DNA of 64,000 nt from Planctomycetota bacterium (lineage in GTDB: Bacteria > Planctomycetota > UBA8108 > SXIK01), in assembly GCA_965223265.1 (NCBI GenBank), contig OZ244999.1:3296001-3360000 (forward strand). Direction: 5' to 3'. Shown here piece by piece: positions 60,578 to 64,000 of the stretch. The position numbers and the translations under genes are program-made. Each line of letters opens with the position of its first letter. The stretch's first letter is position 1. The notes below the pieces were generated by a model. It was not told where the DNA came from. It searched no databases and worked only from the letters and a program-made list of their open reading frames with translations.

Positions 60578-62122
60578 TCAGCCTTCCACTGGCCAGCAGA
60601 CGATGGCAGCGGAGCGAGCCGGTAGTGGGAGGCTGACACGCGGTGGGCGGCCGCTGCAGGGCGGCGCTGAAGCGCTGGCGTCGTCGTCGCAGGAGCGCCA
60701 GATCGTTGTTCGCTCCGAAAAGCGCAACGTCGTGGGTAGTCGTAGCCTCAAGCTCTTCGCCTCTGCTGCAGCGTTGATGCAAACGATGGCCAACTCGCGT
60801 CGGTGCCAGCGCGCGAACGCGAGGATGCCGTCCGCAGCGCCTACCGCGACCCACTCGCCGCTACGGAGCGCGGGGTGTTCCCTGCGCAACGCGATGAGGC
60901 GGCGGAAAAAGTCCCGCGTCGGAAGATGCCAAGCGGACTCGTGCCACGGAAACGCACCACGACATCCCGGATCAGCCTCGCCGGTGAGGCCGATCTCGTC
61001 ACCGTAGTAGATGCACGGTACGCCCGGAAACGTCATCTGCAGCACTGCGGCGAGTCGAACGGCGTCGTCGTCACCCGAGACCAGTGTGCGGACTCGGGCG
61101 GTATCATGACTGCCGATGAGGTTGAGCTGCGAAAGCGCCGTTGCGGGAGAGTAGGCCGAAGCAAGACGTTCCAGCGCAGCGAGCGCTTGTGACGCGGTGA
61201 GCGTCGTCAGGGTTTGGCCACCGGCTTCCAGATCACCTCGCAGCTCTGCTGCCGCAAAGCCAAGAGCGACTCGATAGAGCGGATAGTTCATCAATCCATC
61301 GAACCGGTTGCCTGTCAGCCACTCCGGAGCGAGGTCCCAAATCTCCCCGACGAGATAGGCGCTGCGGTTGTGCCGGTGCACGCGCTCGCGAAACTCTGAC
61401 CAGAATCCCGGCGCCGAGATTTCCTCGGGGACGTCGAGTCGCCAGCCGTCCACACCGAATAGCGTCCAGTGCTCGACGACGTCAAGGACGTACTCCCGTA
61501 CAGCCGGATTGTCGAGATTGAGCTTCGGGAGTGCCGGCATCTGCCACCAGGCGTCGTAGGTCGGCTCGGAGCTTTCAGCGTAGGCTTGGACGGGCCACTC
61601 CTTGATACAGAACCAGTCGGCGTACGGCGAGTCCTCGCCACACTCGAGAATGTGGTGGAACGGCCAGAACCCGCGGCCAGTGTGATTGAACACGCCATCG
61701 AGAATCAGCCGCATGCTGCGTCGTTTCAGGGCGTCTCGGAGCTCCGTCAAGGCTGCGACACCGCCGAGAAGCGGGTCGACGGAATAGTAGTCGTAGGTGT
61801 GGTAGCGATGGTTACTCGCTGAGCTGAAGATGGGGTTGAGATAGATCGTGTTGACACCGAGGTCTGCGAGGTAATCGAGACGCTCGGTCACGCCGAACAG
61901 GTCGCCGCCTTTGAATCCATAAAGGGACGGTGGCGCGTCCCATGCCTCGAGCTCTCCTGGTGGGGGCACTCTGGCGCTGCGCGCGAAGCGGTCGGGGAAG
62001 ATCTGGTAGACGACGGCATCGGCGAGCCACGACGGCGATGGCTGGGCGGCGCTGACAGTGGTGCTGAGATCCCCAGCTGGGACAACGAACTCCACCGGAC
62101 GCTCTGGCATTGCGCTCGCCAC
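60578..62122 (-). CDS. GH13 neopullulanase/cyclomaltodextrinase-like glucosidase
   Basis: YQIFPDRF, DGVFNH, GWRLDV, VGEIW, SHD, IYYGDE. Confidence 0.93.
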   Translation of the reverse strand: MASAMPERPVEFVVPAGDLSTTVSAAQPSPSWLADAVVYQIFPDRFARSARVPPPGELEAWDAPPSLYGFKGGDLFGVTERLDYLADLGVNTIYLNPIFSSASNHRYHTYDYYSVDPLLGGVAALTELRDALKRRSMRLILDGVFNHTGRGFWPFHHILECGEDSPYADWFCIKEWPVQAYAESSEPTYDAWWQMPALPKLNLDNPAVREYVLDVVEHWTLFGVDGWRLDVPEEISAPGFWSEFRERVHRHNRSAYLVGEIWDLAPEWLTGNRFDGLMNYPLYRVALGFAAAELRGDLEAGGQTLTTLTASQALAALERLASAYSPATALSQLNLIGSHDTARVRTLVSGDDDAVRLAAVLQMTFPGVPCIYYGDEIGLTGEADPGCRGAFPWHESAWHLPTRDFFRRLIALRREHPALRSGEWVAVGAADGILAFARWHRRELAIVCINAAAEAKSLRLRLPTTLRFSERTTIWRSCDDDASASAPPCSGRPPRVSLPLPARSAAIVCWPVEG

Positions 62123-63900
62123 TAACGATCCGACTTGCGTAGGAAGCGAGTGAAGCGTGGGTCGTCGGGCCAGCGCGCCAGAGCCTCATCGATCACCTGC
62201 TTCGCTGGCAGAGGGCGGCGCGCGGTCAGCAGAGCGCGGATGAGTTTTTCGTGACCAATCTTGCGCTCGGGGAAAAGGTTGGCGTGGATCGTGAACTCTT
62301 CGATCGCGAGCTGCAGCAAGTGCGCCTTCTCGTCTGGAAACTCCGAACTCTGGCGCAGATACATGTAAGATTCGGCCAGGAATTCGTACGCTGCCGCGTG
62401 ATCTGGCTGCACGTTCTTCGCGCGCTCGAACAGCTCCTTGGCCGCATCGATTCTTTCGCGGCTCCCCGGTGCTGCCGCGTTGGGAAACTCTACCGTCGCC
62501 AAAAGCAACAACTTGCCCCGTTCGACGGCCGCGTCAGCGTTGTCTGCATCGATCGAAGCCGCCGTGTCGAACTCTCGCATCGCCGCTTCGAGCTGTCGCT
62601 GCTGAACGTATAAACGGCCCTTCTCCACGTGCGCGGCTGCGTCTGCGGGGTCCTTCTGAAGAACTGCGTCGATCGACTCGAAGGCCTTCTCCCACTCGCT
62701 CTGACTGGCATGCACCTGAGCGAGTCGCAGCAAAGCTGCCTTTTGATATTGCTGGCCTTCTAAGCGTGACGCTTTCTCGAACGACTCGATGGCGTCGTCG
62801 TGATTACCTGCGGAGTGAAGAAGGGCCAGCCCGCGAAAGAAATGCGTGTCGGCTCGGTCGCTGCGGAGCGTGACCGCAGCGTCAAACTGCTTCAGGGCGC
62901 CGCTCCAGTCGCCGCGCGCGGCGGCGGCTTGGCCACGTTCGAGACGCGCGTTGTAGTTGTAGCCGTGCTCTGCGACTTCGTCGAGGAGGGGGTTGGGAAG
63001 TGGCAGTTTGCCGCTGCTGACGAGGCTCCACCGGCGGTGCAGATCGGCTCTCGCCTCATTCCCCTCGATGCTGAAGATTTTTGCGAGTGCGGTATGAGCT
63101 TGGCCGCACTTCGGGAATTGCTTGACGGCGATGAGAAAGTGCTCCTTCGCCGCTTCATCTGCTCCCGAGCGAGCAGCTACCTGGCCCAGTCCGACGCGCG
63201 CGGCGAGGCAGTCCTCACGCAAGCGAAGCGCGATCAGAAAAAGCTCCCGGGCACGATCATCTTCGCCCTGATCTTGGTAGATGCGCGCGAGCGAGCAGTT
63301 CGCGGCGACGTCTTCGGGTTGCAGCAGAAGAGAGGCCTCGTACGCCGAGATCGCCTCTTCCGTGAGAGAGCGAGCTTCGTATGTGATCGCCAAAAGGTGG
63401 GGCCACTTTCCCTCCTTGGGGGCGATCTTTGCCGCGCGCCGATAGGCATCAGCCGCCTTCTCGTGGTCGCCGTTCGCCTGGTGGATCATTCCCAGCTTCC
63501 CCCATGCACTGGCGGAGTTCGGCGCGGCTTGCGTCGCCGCGGTGGCCGCCGCGATCGCAGCCTTGAGGCCAACTGGTCCCGTGGGAGACGGATCGATAGC
63601 TGCCGCATCCGTCGTCGCTTCGGCGGGGGCTGACGTCGTCTTCAAAGCCGACTCACTCTGCGGCGTCGAGCTGCTCGGCGCCTCGTCGCTCGTTGATTTT
63701 GGGGTACAAGCGGTGCCAAGAAGAGCTATGGCGAGCAGAGTTGAAGCGGGGAGTCCTCGTCTCGTATACCGGCGGACGCGGCCGCGGTCTGATCGAACAG
63801 TGTCGCTGTCGATCTCTTCGAATTCGAGGTCTCGAGTGATGGCTCGTCGCAATGTGGTTCCTCGCTCAAGGTTTCCGTTCAAGCTGTTCACAAAGAACAT
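62122..63900 (-). CDS. TPR-repeat lipoprotein
   Basis: LLGTAC lipobox followed by many TPR repeats. True start is probably downstream of 63900. Confidence 0.85.
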   Translation of the reverse strand: MFFVNSLNGNLERGTTLRRAITRDLEFEEIDSDTVRSDRGRVRRYTRRGLPASTLLAIALLGTACTPKSTSDEAPSSSTPQSESALKTTSAPAEATTDAAAIDPSPTGPVGLKAAIAAATAATQAAPNSASAWGKLGMIHQANGDHEKAADAYRRAAKIAPKEGKWPHLLAITYEARSLTEEAISAYEASLLLQPEDVAANCSLARIYQDQGEDDRARELFLIALRLREDCLAARVGLGQVAARSGADEAAKEHFLIAVKQFPKCGQAHTALAKIFSIEGNEARADLHRRWSLVSSGKLPLPNPLLDEVAEHGYNYNARLERGQAAAARGDWSGALKQFDAAVTLRSDRADTHFFRGLALLHSAGNHDDAIESFEKASRLEGQQYQKAALLRLAQVHASQSEWEKAFESIDAVLQKDPADAAAHVEKGRLYVQQRQLEAAMREFDTAASIDADNADAAVERGKLLLLATVEFPNAAAPGSRERIDAAKELFERAKNVQPDHAAAYEFLAESYMYLRQSSEFPDEKAHLLQLAIEEFTIHANLFPERKIGHEKLIRALLTARRPLPAKQVIDEALARWPDDPRFTRFLRKSDR

Positions 63901-64000
63901 GCTAAGACGTGCTCAAAACGTGACCAAACTCGTCGCTTTCGGTCATGGATTCCAGACAAATTCGAGGACCTGATCGACAGGGGCAGCCTGACGCTGAGTG

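Overview
GC-rich bacterial window, very likely Planctomycetota (DUF1549/DUF1553 and PPC genes, FRRGD dockerin-like domains, GTAG-type REP-like repeats). 1-4995 is the end of a genomic island: the C-terminus of an Rhs toxin, a candidate immunity lipoprotein, an intact IS21 element with a 9-bp target duplication, and a displaced 3' half of tRNA-Arg(CCG) as att site. 13.5-22 kb is a two-gene unit. One gene encodes a ~2185-aa secreted protein fusing an intact-looking copper radical oxidase (AA5) to a YVTN propeller/di-heme peroxidase-like module; the other encodes a secreted tandem HMA-like (CPFGLGEC) FN3 protein. A divergent sensor kinase gene is split by a complete recombinase-in-trio (RIT) element. 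Its ends predict a perfect 100-bp palindromic circle junction, and its precise excision would restore the kinase in frame. The rest is mostly housekeeping and metabolism (ilvD, icd, clpB with a sigma54-type promoter, pntAa/Ab/B, serC, uxaB, GH13), with two inverted MITE copies. No CRISPR array or rRNA was seen. All family calls come from motif recognition by eye, not database searches.
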